Positions 20,744 through 29,847 of a stretch of DNA of 64,000 nucleotides are shown piece by piece; position 1 is the stretch's first letter, and every line of letters begins with the position of its first letter. Both the position numbers and the translations under genes were made by a program. Origin of the DNA: Butyrivibrio sp. (lineage in GTDB: Bacteria > Bacillota > Clostridia > Lachnospirales > Lachnospiraceae); assembly GCA_015056495.1 (NCBI GenBank), contig SVGC01000005.1:74982-138981 (forward strand). Reading direction: 5' to 3'. The notes under the pieces are model-generated. The model did not search any database. It had not been told where the DNA came from and saw only the letters and a program-made list of their open reading frames with translations.

Positions 20744-21460
20744 ATGCATATTGCTGTATGTGATGATAATATTGCTGAAAGAAAGCAGACTGAACGTCTA
20801 CTGGGGAGACAGTCTGATAAACGTAAAAATGCCGGAGAAGAAGGATTTTTCATCGATTCTTATGGAAACATTCCTGCTTTTATGAGCGTTGCACAGATGT
20901 ATGATGCTCTTTTTGTAGATATGCAGGAAACAAAAGAAAACGGTCTGGATGTTGGATACATGCTATTAAAAGCTGGCGTTGTAGCTCCTATCATCCTCCT
21001 GAATAATGACAAATACAATTACAAAGAGATGGCTGGTGAAAATGCTGATAAATTCTATTTTCTTGATAAGCCTATCCGTGTAAAAGAGCTTGAAGCCATT
21101 TTAGAAATCTGTGTAGAATATTCTAAAAACAGAATTCCAACTATTGAACTTCGAAACGATGCTGAAACCATCTACGCTCAAGGCGATGACATTATCTCTG
21201 TTGTTCAGGATGGTTCTTACCTAAAATTCACTTTAACCGAAGGCAGGAGCATCAAAACTCTCGACACCTTATATAATTTCTGCGACGGACTTGCAGCATT
21301 CCCAATGCTCTGCCCTATCTCAGATTTTGTTCTGATCAATATCAACCACATAAAAAAAGCCGGTCTTTTATCCGTATCTCTGGACAACGGTGAAAAGCAC
21401 AGCTTTGGTATTGGCTATCGCAAAAATATTGAAGAAGCTAGGAAAATGATGAAAAAATAA
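20744..21460 (+). CDS. Orphan response regulator, REC plus LytTR DNA-binding domain
   Basis: The N-terminus MHIAVCDDN (acidic pair), FVDMQ (candidate phospho-Asp) and LDKP (conserved Lys) support a receiver. The C-terminus is LytTR-like (ISVVQDGSYLKF...ININHIKK). GGGGAGG precedes the ATG at 20744. Confidence 0.7.
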   Translation: MHIAVCDDNIAERKQTERLLGRQSDKRKNAGEEGFFIDSYGNIPAFMSVAQMYDALFVDMQETKENGLDVGYMLLKAGVVAPIILLNNDKYNYKEMAGENADKFYFLDKPIRVKELEAILEICVEYSKNRIPTIELRNDAETIYAQGDDIISVVQDGSYLKFTLTEGRSIKTLDTLYNFCDGLAAFPMLCPISDFVLININHIKKAGLLSVSLDNGEKHSFGIGYRKNIEEARKMMKK

Positions 21461-21466
21461 ATTAAA

Positions 21467-21538
21467 AGAGTCACTGGGGACGTATCAGATTGACTCATTG
21501 CATACAATGAGTCAATCTGATACGTCCCCAGCGACTCT
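21467..21538. repeat. 72-bp near-perfect palindrome (34-bp arms, 1 mismatch) with GGGGACG core; probable bidirectional terminator
   Basis: AGAGTCACTGGGGACGTATCAGATTGACTCATTG cata CAATGAGTCAATCTGATACGTCCCCAGCGACTCT, followed by a T-run. It lies between convergent genes. Confidence 0.85.
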
Positions 21539-21554
21539 TTTTCCTATATTAAGA

Positions 21555-23369
21555 TCATTCTGCACTTTCAAGAATCCACAACTGGCAGTCTCCGCCCCAA
21601 TATGTCCATTGAGCTATATTACCACCATTTTCTGTACTCCATCCATATACATCCATACATGATAAGCTAGAAGAGATTCTAGTTTTGATGGCATATACTC
21701 CATCAGAAACCTCCACAATTTCAAATTGCTGATTGCTACCACCATTATAGGTATACTGTGCAATATTTGCTCCGTCAGCACTACTCTTTTTTGCCACATC
21801 AAGAACTTTTTCATACCCTGTTATGCCCGTATAAATATAGTAGTAGCCGTCATCATTTTTTACCAGTTTGAATTTCTGATTATCACCACCATTATAGCTA
21901 TACTGTATCAGATTGGCATTGTTCTCTGTTGATTTCCCACTGATATCCAGATATTTACCGTTGTAAAAGCTTTTTATATAATATACGCCTTCTAGTGAAT
22001 CCGATGTAGTTGATGAGCTATTTCCTGAGGATGTTGTACTTGCTGTTCCACTTATGTCATTAAATACATATAATGAGCTCATTGCCTGTCCATTACTATC
22101 AAAAAGAGTCATGTTATCCCATGATGAACCTTTATCTGTTGTTGAATAGTAATTAACAGAATTGCTAAATAACAGTTCATAATTACCTGAAGTTGAACTA
22201 GCCCAACCGGATCCATATGTGCCTGCCGAACTTGTATCTACGCCGACCCATTCCGGCTCCCAATAAAAAGCTCCTAGGCCATAGCCTGACTTGTAATTAG
22301 AATTGACCTGATTTACAGCAGCAAATACGTCTCTTAATGCATTTGCCTGTCCTGAAACACTTATATCATAATCCTGATAATTGAGGCTGGATGTGGAAGA
22401 AACAGTATTGGATGTTCCATCAGAATCGCTCATAGTATAAGGATAAGCGACTTCCGCTACCATCACCTTTTTATCATAAGTTCTAGCTATGTTTGTCAAT
22501 GTAGCTGCCAGGTCACTAGCACTTCCATGCCACATAGGATAATATGATGTAGAAAAAATATCATAATCTATTCCCTGCTCATATGCACATTGCGCATACC
22601 ATTCGCCGTTAGTTAACAGGTCCGTAAAATGCAGTGCTTTTAATATGCTTGTTCCATATGCTGAATTGATATCGTCTACAGCATAGCATCCCTGCTGCAT
22701 CATTGCTCCGACTCCAGTACTTAAATTCCAAGTACCATCATAAAGACCTCCGACACCACACATAGATCCGTTAGTCTCATTACCGATCTGCACTATTCCA
22801 ATATCTACGCCATAATCAAGGAGTTCTCCAAGTGCCCAATATGTGTAGTTATATACTGCATCTTTTTTCTCTGATAAAGAATAGTCAGCCCATTCCTTTG
22901 GTGCATACTGCTTTTCAGGGTCAGCCCAAAAATCAGAATAATGAAAGTCAATAAATACTTTCATACCAGCATCTGTGGCTCTTTTTCCCAGTACTTTGGC
23001 ATTATAAAGGTCACAATTTCCACCTCCATAGCCTTTATATGGAGATGTTGAATCATAAGGATTATTCCAAATACGTATTCTGACATAGTTAACACCCGCA
23101 CCACTTAAAATATCAAAAAAATCTCCTGATGTGCCATCCAGATAACTGAATGAAATACCGCTGTTCTCTAAGGAAGTGAGTGCTGATACATCAACTCCTT
23201 TAATGAAATCACTGGAAAGATTGGAAATTGTCGAAACACCAGAAACCGAAGAAGCAGCTTTTACATCAGGCATACTTTGCCCTGGCAGAACACTTCCTAT
23301 CAGGATAGCTGCAGTGGTAATTCCCCCTAAAATCAGTTTTTTTAATTTAGAATTAAACCTATTCCCCAT
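21555..23369 (-). CDS. Secreted arabinogalactan endo-beta-1,4-galactanase (GH53) with two C-terminal ricin-type (CBM13-like) repeats
   Basis: A signal peptide is present. GH53-like blocks are VNYVRIRIWNNP, DFHYSDFWADP and IGNE. The C-terminus has repeated QxF/QxW trefoil motifs (NQKFKL, NQQFEI, CQLWIL). Confidence 0.75.
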   Translation of the reverse strand: MGNRFNSKLKKLILGGITTAAILIGSVLPGQSMPDVKAASSVSGVSTISNLSSDFIKGVDVSALTSLENSGISFSYLDGTSGDFFDILSGAGVNYVRIRIWNNPYDSTSPYKGYGGGNCDLYNAKVLGKRATDAGMKVFIDFHYSDFWADPEKQYAPKEWADYSLSEKKDAVYNYTYWALGELLDYGVDIGIVQIGNETNGSMCGVGGLYDGTWNLSTGVGAMMQQGCYAVDDINSAYGTSILKALHFTDLLTNGEWYAQCAYEQGIDYDIFSTSYYPMWHGSASDLAATLTNIARTYDKKVMVAEVAYPYTMSDSDGTSNTVSSTSSLNYQDYDISVSGQANALRDVFAAVNQVNSNYKSGYGLGAFYWEPEWVGVDTSSAGTYGSGWASSTSGNYELLFSNSVNYYSTTDKGSSWDNMTLFDSNGQAMSSLYVFNDISGTASTTSSGNSSSTTSDSLEGVYYIKSFYNGKYLDISGKSTENNANLIQYSYNGGDNQKFKLVKNDDGYYYIYTGITGYEKVLDVAKKSSADGANIAQYTYNGGSNQQFEIVEVSDGVYAIKTRISSSLSCMDVYGWSTENGGNIAQWTYWGGDCQLWILESAE

Positions 23370-23445
23370 ACTGACCTCCTACAATATGAAATTATTATGC
23401 GCAATATTTCAGATGGTTGCGCAGCCATCTTTTCTATGCATTTTG

Positions 23446-23475
23446 ATTCTAGCATACTGATTTTCATTGATTCAA
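23446..23475 (-). promoter_or_regulatory. Putative sigma-A promoter of the GH53 gene
   Basis: Minus strand reads TTGAAT, 18 nt, TAGAAT. Confidence 0.4.
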
Positions 23476-23569
23476 TTGATAAAGGGCTTGAAAAAAAGAT
23501 AAGCAATTGGTGCAATTTGCATAAAAAATAGACCTGATTGCGTAAATTTATGCGCAACATTGCGCTAAT

Positions 23570-23616
23570 CACAAAAATAAAAATGCTCCTGTGATGAATT
23601 TAAAAATCACAGGAGC
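23570..23616 (-). terminator. Rho-independent terminator downstream of degV
   Basis: On the minus strand, a GCTCCTGTGAT / ATCACAGGAGC stem is followed by ATTTTTATTTTT. Confidence 0.7.
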
Positions 23617-23650
23617 AAACATGTATTTTTTTATCTGCTATTAAATGATC

Positions 23651-23687
23651 AAATGAGTCACTTTGATACGTCCCCGGTGACTCATTT
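23651..23687. repeat. Palindromic repeat related to 21467..21538 and 51182..51209
   Basis: AAATGAGTCAC ... GTGACTCATTT arms enclose GATACGTCCCC. It is followed by TAGCGGAGCGTTTT, a word also found inside the 137-bp repeats. Confidence 0.7.
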
Positions 23688-23706
23688 GCATAGCGGAGCG
23701 TTTTGA

Positions 23707-24546
23707 TCAGCAGGTTACAACTATTCCGCCATCATTGGCATACATTGTACTAAGGCCTGCAGCATCAACAATGACTACTTTCTTAAATTCTGTCTTGGCA
23801 AGAATCATTCCTTTGACAACTTCTGCTCTTTCGTAGCAATTACAATGGGTGATCATAAGTGTTTTTTCAGCAGGATCCTTTACCTCTGCCACGCAAAGGT
23901 CTGTCATTCTCATCAGTGCTTTCTTGATGCCGATTCCCTGACCACGCTGAGCTATTGATCCCTGGATGCCACACATTACAGGTTTAATGCTCAGAGTAGA
24001 TGCTACAAGGGCTTTTACGCCTGACAATCTACCATTTTTTCTAAGAGTTTCAAGGTTATCAAGAACGAAATATGTATTCATACCATCACGGTAATTTTCT
24101 ACATCTTCAACGATTTCTTCAAATGTCTTGCCCTGCTCGGCGAGCTCCATTACTCTAAATGCAATCTGAGTCTCACCGCAACATGCAGAACGAGAATCAA
24201 ATACATGTATTTTTTTCTTGCCTTCATTATCTTCTTCGTACATGCTCTTGGCTAAAATAGCACTATTATAGCAGCCACTGAGCTTTGAAGATATTGTTAC
24301 AACATAGATATCATCTGCGTCTGTATCAAAAGCCTTCATGAATAAATCCGGAGAAGGACATGCTGACTTAGGGCACTCTTCTGATTCAGCTACACTTTTA
24401 ATAAAATCAAGCTGATCAAAAGTATCATCATCTATAATATGTCTATCTTTTATCTGTAGTACAAAAGGTATTCTCTGTATTCTGGAATCGTTTTTAAGCT
24501 CCTCTGGAAGATCACAGCAGCTGTCGACTACTAATTTATAACTCAT
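23707..24546 (-). CDS. DegV-family fatty-acid-binding protein
   Basis: 279 aa with a typical DegV N-terminus (VVDSCCDLP). Confidence 0.8.
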   Translation of the reverse strand: MSYKLVVDSCCDLPEELKNDSRIQRIPFVLQIKDRHIIDDDTFDQLDFIKSVAESEECPKSACPSPDLFMKAFDTDADDIYVVTISSKLSGCYNSAILAKSMYEEDNEGKKKIHVFDSRSACCGETQIAFRVMELAEQGKTFEEIVEDVENYRDGMNTYFVLDNLETLRKNGRLSGVKALVASTLSIKPVMCGIQGSIAQRGQGIGIKKALMRMTDLCVAEVKDPAEKTLMITHCNCYERAEVVKGMILAKTEFKKVVIVDAAGLSTMYANDGGIVVTC

Positions 24547-24688
24547 TGCGCCTCCAATCTGAATATGCTACCATGTTACTGTTTAATGTAAACTTAATAC
24601 TTCAAAGCATATCAGACGTAGTTTTTGATACTACTTATGATACCATCTAAAAAAAAATGCGTCTATAGTTATAGTAAGGAATTTATAC

Positions 24689-25183
24689 ATGGTAGAATTA
24701 AAAATATTACATACAAAAGAATTTATGGTCAATCTTTTGACCGGAAAGCTTTTTTCAGATTATCTTTTGGAAAACGCGGTTATAGAGACATTTAATACTT
24801 TTGACATTGATGGACATCTCCATAAGGAGTTTTATGGTGAGGATCTGGAAAATGATCCTGCACTTGCAAAATATGCAATGTCCCAGTGGAACGATATCCA
24901 GCCTATAGCTTTTAATCTGATCAAGGGTAAGCATACTCCACTTTCATTCAAATTCATACTACATCTAAAGCCTGATGTTGCTACTACATCCCTTGAAGAT
25001 GAGAATGTAGCGCAGCCCACTGCAGACTATGTGGTAAGGATCAGCTTTAGTGAGGGATGCATCAAACTCACTACAGGAATATCCATTAAGGTCTTTAGTC
25101 TTGATAATAGCGCTTCCGCAAAATGGGATACCTATTTCAAGAAATTTCTGTCTGATAACCAGATTGATTTTGAAGAAGAATAA
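24689..25183 (+). CDS. Hypothetical protein
   Basis: 164-aa ORF with an AAGGAA RBS. No motif was recognised. Confidence 0.5.
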   Translation: MVELKILHTKEFMVNLLTGKLFSDYLLENAVIETFNTFDIDGHLHKEFYGEDLENDPALAKYAMSQWNDIQPIAFNLIKGKHTPLSFKFILHLKPDVATTSLEDENVAQPTADYVVRISFSEGCIKLTTGISIKVFSLDNSASAKWDTYFKKFLSDNQIDFEEE

Positions 25184-25202
25184 ACAAAAAATATAACGAT
25201 GA

Positions 25203-25243
25203 AAATCCCCCTGCAACCAGCGATCGCCAGTTACAGGGGGATT
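25203..25243. terminator. Bidirectional hairpin terminator
   Basis: AAATCCCCCTG ... CAGGGGGATTT lies between convergent genes. Confidence 0.6.
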
Positions 25244-25304
25244 TATATGATGTCATTTTTTATTCATCGAGTAACTTCCATTTAAACTCGAATTATCATA
25301 TTTA

Positions 25305-25670
25305 TCACGGGTTTGGATTATATTTATTCAATATATCCATAAGTTTCTCATATTTATCTTTTATCAGTTCATACTGAACCCGAGCGCCTTCCATAGAACC
25401 AGCTCTTGTGATCTCTGTAAGATTCACCACCGGTTCCAGCATTGCCTTGAATCCCAGATTTCCAGACACGCCTTTTAGTGTATGAACTGCTTTAAATGCA
25501 TCTGTAACATTACCAGCTTCCATAGCAACTGTAAGTTCATTAAAACTCTGATCTTTCAGAAACTTAAACATAAACTTAGCTATAAGGTCATCGTTGTTCA
25601 TAAATCTTGCTGACAGGTCGTCCCAATCAACTCCCCATGTGATCAGCTCTGATTTCATATTAGCATCCAT
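25305..25670 (-). CDS. Stand-alone histidine phosphotransfer (Hpt) domain protein
   Basis: The Hpt signature AVHTLKGVSGNLGF is present. The start is taken at M11 (ATG 25670), preceded by GGGAGTG. Confidence 0.7.
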   Translation of the reverse strand: MDANMKSELITWGVDWDDLSARFMNNDDLIAKFMFKFLKDQSFNELTVAMEAGNVTDAFKAVHTLKGVSGNLGFKAMLEPVVNLTEITRAGSMEGARVQYELIKDKYEKLMDILNKYNPNP

Positions 25671-25761
25671 ATATTCACTCCCAAAACCGTACCCTATCAA
25701 TAATGCTATATGAGAATTATAACGCTTTTACGTGTATTTTTCAACGATTATTCTTAGCTAT

Positions 25762-26838
25762 TTAGAGTTCCTGAAGTTCTGCAAGTTTTTCTGCCTGGCT
25801 AGCTGCAGTAAGGCTATCCAGCAATTCATCAAGGTCCCCGTCCATGATCGAATCGATCTTGTACAGTGTCAGATTGATCCTATGGTCAGTTACTCTTCCC
25901 TGATGGAAATTGTAGGTACGGATCTTTTCTGATCTGTCTCCGCTTCCTACCTGGCTCTTACGAAGTGCTGCCTCGCTATCATGCTGTTTCTGTCTCTCCA
26001 GATCAAAGAGCTTGGCTCTAAGTACTTTTAAAGCCTTGGCTTTATTCTTGATCTGACTCTTTTCATCCTGACAGGATATTACGATTCCTGTAGGCAAGTG
26101 AGTAAGCCTAACAGCTGAATCTGTTGTATTAACGCACTGTCCACCGTTTCCGGACGCTCTAAATACGTCAAATTTACAGTCGTTCATATCGATCTCAACT
26201 TCAACATCCTCTACTTCCGGCATGATAGCCACAGTACAAGTCGATGTATGGATACGACCACCAGATTCAGTAACAGGTACTCTCTGAACTCTGTGAACTC
26301 CACTTTCAAACTTAAGTCTGGAGTATGCTCCCTGACCGTTTATCATGAAGCTTACAGATTTCATACCTCCAATACCTATTTCTTCTACATCCATAGTTTC
26401 TACGCGCCAGTTCTGTCTTTCAGCATATCTGACATATACTCTGTACATGTCTGCTGCAAATAGAGCTGCCTCATCGCCACCAACGCCTGCCCTGATCTCA
26501 ACGATAACGTTTTTATCATCATTTGGATCCTTAGGCAAAAGAAGTATCTTCAGTTCCTGCTCAAGCTCAGGAATTGCCTTTTTGGCATCGGCCAGCTCTT
26601 CTCTGAGCATCTGTCTCATTTCCTCATCAGACTCGCCTTCAAGCATCATCTCGCTGTCTTCTATCGCCTGCTTGGCTTTTCTATATTTCTCATAGCACTC
26701 TATAAGCGGTGTCAGATCGCTCTGCTGCTTCATAAGGCTTCTAAAACGATTCTGATCAGCTACTGTGCCTGGTTCATTCAATTCTCTGGTAATGTCTTCG
26801 TATTTAAGTACCAGATCTTCCAGCTTATCAAACATCAA
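25762..26838 (-). CDS. prfA: Peptide chain release factor 1
   Basis: GGQ motif ([11 protein letters not shown]) and an RF1-type tripeptide region (RVPVTES). Confidence 0.95.
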   Translation of the reverse strand: MMFDKLEDLVLKYEDITRELNEPGTVADQNRFRSLMKQQSDLTPLIECYEKYRKAKQAIEDSEMMLEGESDEEMRQMLREELADAKKAIPELEQELKILLLPKDPNDDKNVIVEIRAGVGGDEAALFAADMYRVYVRYAERQNWRVETMDVEEIGIGGMKSVSFMINGQGAYSRLKFESGVHRVQRVPVTESGGRIHTSTCTVAIMPEVEDVEVEIDMNDCKFDVFRASGNGGQCVNTTDSAVRLTHLPTGIVISCQDEKSQIKNKAKALKVLRAKLFDLERQKQHDSEAALRKSQVGSGDRSEKIRTYNFHQGRVTDHRINLTLYKIDSIMDGDLDELLDSLTAASQAEKLAELQEL

Positions 26839-26911
26839 TAAAATCTCCTTGTTCTAATCCTTCTAAATCTTTGTCTTACAAATAGTCAGCGTTCTTTCAT
26901 CGTGATCATCG

Positions 26912-27772
26912 CTAATAGTAGCATCCCAGAACTACTCTATCATTGCCACCAAGATCTTTGACAATTTCCACTTCTTTAAAGCCCTTGTTTTCCATAAGAG
27001 CTTTTACACTTTCACCCTGATCGTATCCTATCTCCATTAGTAACCATCCATTTGAAAGGAGATACTTATCCACATTCTCAACTATTTTTCTATAGAAAAA
27101 CAGTCCATCCTCCTTGCCATCCAAAGCAATAAAAGGCTCGTGGACACGCACTTCAGGCTCAAGGGTATCTATTACTTTGGTCGGGATATAAGGTGGATTC
27201 GATACTATGATATCAAATTTCCCAAGTTCTGCATCACCCAAAGCTCCTTTTAGCTCATAAAGATCTGCATGATGGGCTGTATACCGGTCCTGCAAGCCAA
27301 GTCTTTCTGCATTTTTACCTGCAATCTCAAGAGCCTTTTCAGAAATATCCGTTGCAACAGCTGTAGTTCCATTGGAATAGTTCAATATACTAAGGGCAAT
27401 ACAGCCTGAACCTGTACACAAGTCAAGAATACGCATGCCCTCACTTACATATCTCAGAGCTTCCTCTACCAGCACTTCCGTATCCTGGTTAGGTATAAGC
27501 ACGTCCTCAGATACTGTAAAATCCAGCCCCATAAATTCCTGCTCACCAAGAATATATGCAAGGGGCTCTCTGGCTGCCCTTTTAGATATCAGTTCCATAT
27601 AACGCTCTGCTTTATCATCCTCAACAGGCATATCACCATGTACAAGCAATGTATTGTGATCAGTACCACATATATATTCAAGAAGGAGCCTGGCATCTAG
27701 ACTCGCATCTGCGATACCGGCTCCTACTAAAGCTTCGCTACCTTTTTTATATAAATCCAAATAATTAATCAT
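26912..27772 (-). CDS. prmC: Release-factor glutamine N5-methyltransferase
   Basis: NPPY motif (VSNPPY) and SAM motif (LDLCTGSG), directly upstream of prfA. The start is ambiguous among ATGs at 27772, 27781 and 27820. Confidence 0.85.
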   Translation of the reverse strand: MINYLDLYKKGSEALVGAGIADASLDARLLLEYICGTDHNTLLVHGDMPVEDDKAERYMELISKRAAREPLAYILGEQEFMGLDFTVSEDVLIPNQDTEVLVEEALRYVSEGMRILDLCTGSGCIALSILNYSNGTTAVATDISEKALEIAGKNAERLGLQDRYTAHHADLYELKGALGDAELGKFDIIVSNPPYIPTKVIDTLEPEVRVHEPFIALDGKEDGLFFYRKIVENVDKYLLSNGWLLMEIGYDQGESVKALMENKGFKEVEIVKDLGGNDRVVLGCYY

Positions 27773-28757
27773 CTTCTCCATAAGCGCCAGCTTCATCTTC
27801 TTCTTCAAACTCAAGTCCAAAGGTATCCTTTAGGTATTCTTTCCAGTCAAAAACAGCCTCGACTGACTTGATGGCAACCTCTATCATTGTTTCATCAGGC
27901 TCCTTGGTTGTCAGCTTCTGCATCCAAAGGCCAGGAGCTGAAATGATCCTGACAACAATATTATCTGTTCTACCTGCAAGTCTTATAAGCTCATAAGAAA
28001 TACCTGAAATAACCGGGATAAGGACTATACGGTATACAACTCTCAAAAGCATTGAATCTGTTCTGATAAAGAAAAACAGCACAATACTTACAAACATTAC
28101 AAAGAGAACAAAACTACTTCCACATCTTCTGTGAAGACGACTGCTGCGCATTGCATTCTGAACTGTAAGAGGTCTGCCTCTTTCAATACAGTTGATACAT
28201 TTGTGCTCAGCACCATGATACATGAATAATCTCTTTATATCATCCATAAGGGATATTGCAAGTATATATAATATAAAGATCAATATTCTGATGATACCTT
28301 CAATAATAGTCAAAAGAGACTGATTTCTAACATAATTCTCAAAGATGGAAGAAATAAAATATGGAAGGACCATGAATATTCCTATAGCAAGCGCTATTGA
28401 AACAATGTAGGTCAAACCCATATAAAACTTCTCTTTGACATCGCTATTAGTAGCCTTGGTGTTGATTGACTTATCCTTATGAGGTTTCTCTTCCTCTTCA
28501 TAGAATGATGAAGAATGATTTAAAGCCTTCATTCCCAGAATGATGGAATCCAGGAAAATAAAAATACCACGAATAAACGGAATTCTAAGCAGTACACTTC
28601 CTGAAACGATGCCATGATACTCATCAACTTCAACATCGATCTCTCCATCAGGCTTGCGAACTGCAACTGCATACATATCTTTATTGCGCATCATAACGCC
28701 TTCAAGAACTGCCTGTCCGCCAATTCCTGAATAATGTCTTATCTTCTGCTTCTTCAT
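27765..28757 (-). CDS. DUF1385-family membrane protein (YqhQ-like)
   Basis: The N-terminal GGQAVLEGVMMRN signature is present. The position next to prmC/prfA is conserved. Confidence 0.7.
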   Translation of the reverse strand: MKKQKIRHYSGIGGQAVLEGVMMRNKDMYAVAVRKPDGEIDVEVDEYHGIVSGSVLLRIPFIRGIFIFLDSIILGMKALNHSSSFYEEEEKPHKDKSINTKATNSDVKEKFYMGLTYIVSIALAIGIFMVLPYFISSIFENYVRNQSLLTIIEGIIRILIFILYILAISLMDDIKRLFMYHGAEHKCINCIERGRPLTVQNAMRSSRLHRRCGSSFVLFVMFVSIVLFFFIRTDSMLLRVVYRIVLIPVISGISYELIRLAGRTDNIVVRIISAPGLWMQKLTTKEPDETMIEVAIKSVEAVFDWKEYLKDTFGLEFEEEDEAGAYGEDD

Positions 28758-28778
28758 ATGGCTGCTCCTCCAAAATAC

Positions 28779-28811
28779 GAAAAAAGGTTGAGGCTAATTG
28801 CCTCAACCTCT
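28779..28811 (-). terminator. Rho-independent terminator after rpmE
   Basis: On the minus strand, a GGTTGAGGC / GCCTCAACC stem is followed by a T6 run. Confidence 0.75.
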
Positions 28812-28828
28812 TATCATTCTTTTTAATA

Positions 28829-29038
28829 TCAATCGTTAGACTGAATGCCGTATTTCTTATTGAACTTATCAATACGACCACGAGCTGATGTAGCCTTCTG
28901 CTGTCCTGTGTAGAATGGATGGCATTTTGAGCAAATCTCGACGTGGATTTCTGACTTTGTAGAACCAACTACAAATGTGTTACCGCAGTTACATGTAACT
29001 GTTGCCTGATAGTATTGTGGCTGAATATCCTGCTTCAT
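28829..29038 (-). CDS. rpmE: 50S ribosomal protein L31
   Basis: 69 aa with CxxC...CxxCHPFYTG. Confidence 0.95.
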   Translation of the reverse strand: MKQDIQPQYYQATVTCNCGNTFVVGSTKSEIHVEICSKCHPFYTGQQKATSARGRIDKFNKKYGIQSND

Positions 29039-29124
29039 TCTTTCTCACCTCTCTATATCAATAATTCTTCTTTTTAACAATAGTTACTCGCTATCTACAA
29101 ACCCAATTCATAAACAGCTTAGTC

Positions 29125-29153
29125 ATTATAACATAGGAAAATTTGCTATGCAA
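29125..29153 (-). promoter_or_regulatory. Putative sigma-A promoter of rpmE
   Basis: Minus strand reads TTGCAT, 17 nt, TATAAT. Confidence 0.5.
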
Positions 29154-29163
29154 GTAAAAATTC

Positions 29164-29787
29164 TTATTTTTCCAATCCCTTGCGCAGCTTGATTTTCGTG
29201 CGTTGCAATGCATTATCGGTAGATTTTTCATCTTTATTTAGTACTTTTGCAATTTCTGTATAGCTCATTCCGGTCATGTAGAGATCAAGTACTTCTCTTT
29301 CAAAACTGCTAAGCTCTGTTTCAATAAGCTTTTCAAGATGATCAACATTTTCCTGGTCTATGATCTGTTCCTCCGGATTTCGCTCTGAAAGAGCTTCTGC
29401 CTCAAGATTACTTACCAGTTCAGCATCCTGAGAGCTTGTTTCTCCATCCATCCTGCTATACAAAGATATATAGGAATTTAAAGGAATATGTTTTTTCCTG
29501 TTGGAAGCCTGTATGGCTGAATACATCTGTCTGGATATACACAGATCGGCAAAGGTGTAAAAGCTGGCATCTCTTCCGCTATCGTAGTCTCGTATAGCTT
29601 TAAAGAGCCCTATCATTCCCTCTTGGATCAGGTCATCTCTGTCAGCACCAAGTATAAACATTGTAGCTGCCTTTTTTCTGACAAGATTCTTGTACTTATC
29701 CATGATGTAATCAGTTATGTCATTTTCACCATCTCGAAGCCTTCTGATCAGCACTTCGTCATTTTCAGATTCGTATTGACTGTTCAT
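29164..29787 (-). CDS. sigH: RNA polymerase sigma-H factor
   Basis: Sigma-70 regions 2 and 4 are present (DLIQEGMIGLFKA; SYTEIAKVL). Firmicutes synteny cysS-mrnC-rlmB-sigH supports the call. The start is either ATG 29787 or GTG 29805. Confidence 0.75.
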   Translation of the reverse strand: MNSQYESENDEVLIRRLRDGENDITDYIMDKYKNLVRKKAATMFILGADRDDLIQEGMIGLFKAIRDYDSGRDASFYTFADLCISRQMYSAIQASNRKKHIPLNSYISLYSRMDGETSSQDAELVSNLEAEALSERNPEEQIIDQENVDHLEKLIETELSSFEREVLDLYMTGMSYTEIAKVLNKDEKSTDNALQRTKIKLRKGLEK

Positions 29788-29847
29788 ATTTGGTCCCTGA
29801 ATCACCTTCTGTAATTCATTACTTTGATCATTCTACAGTTCAAGATC

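Noticed and set aside
28702-28968. An 88-aa ORF overlapping rpmE and the DUF1385 gene start.
   Set aside because: It is out of frame with two well-supported genes and spans a terminator hairpin, so it is spurious.
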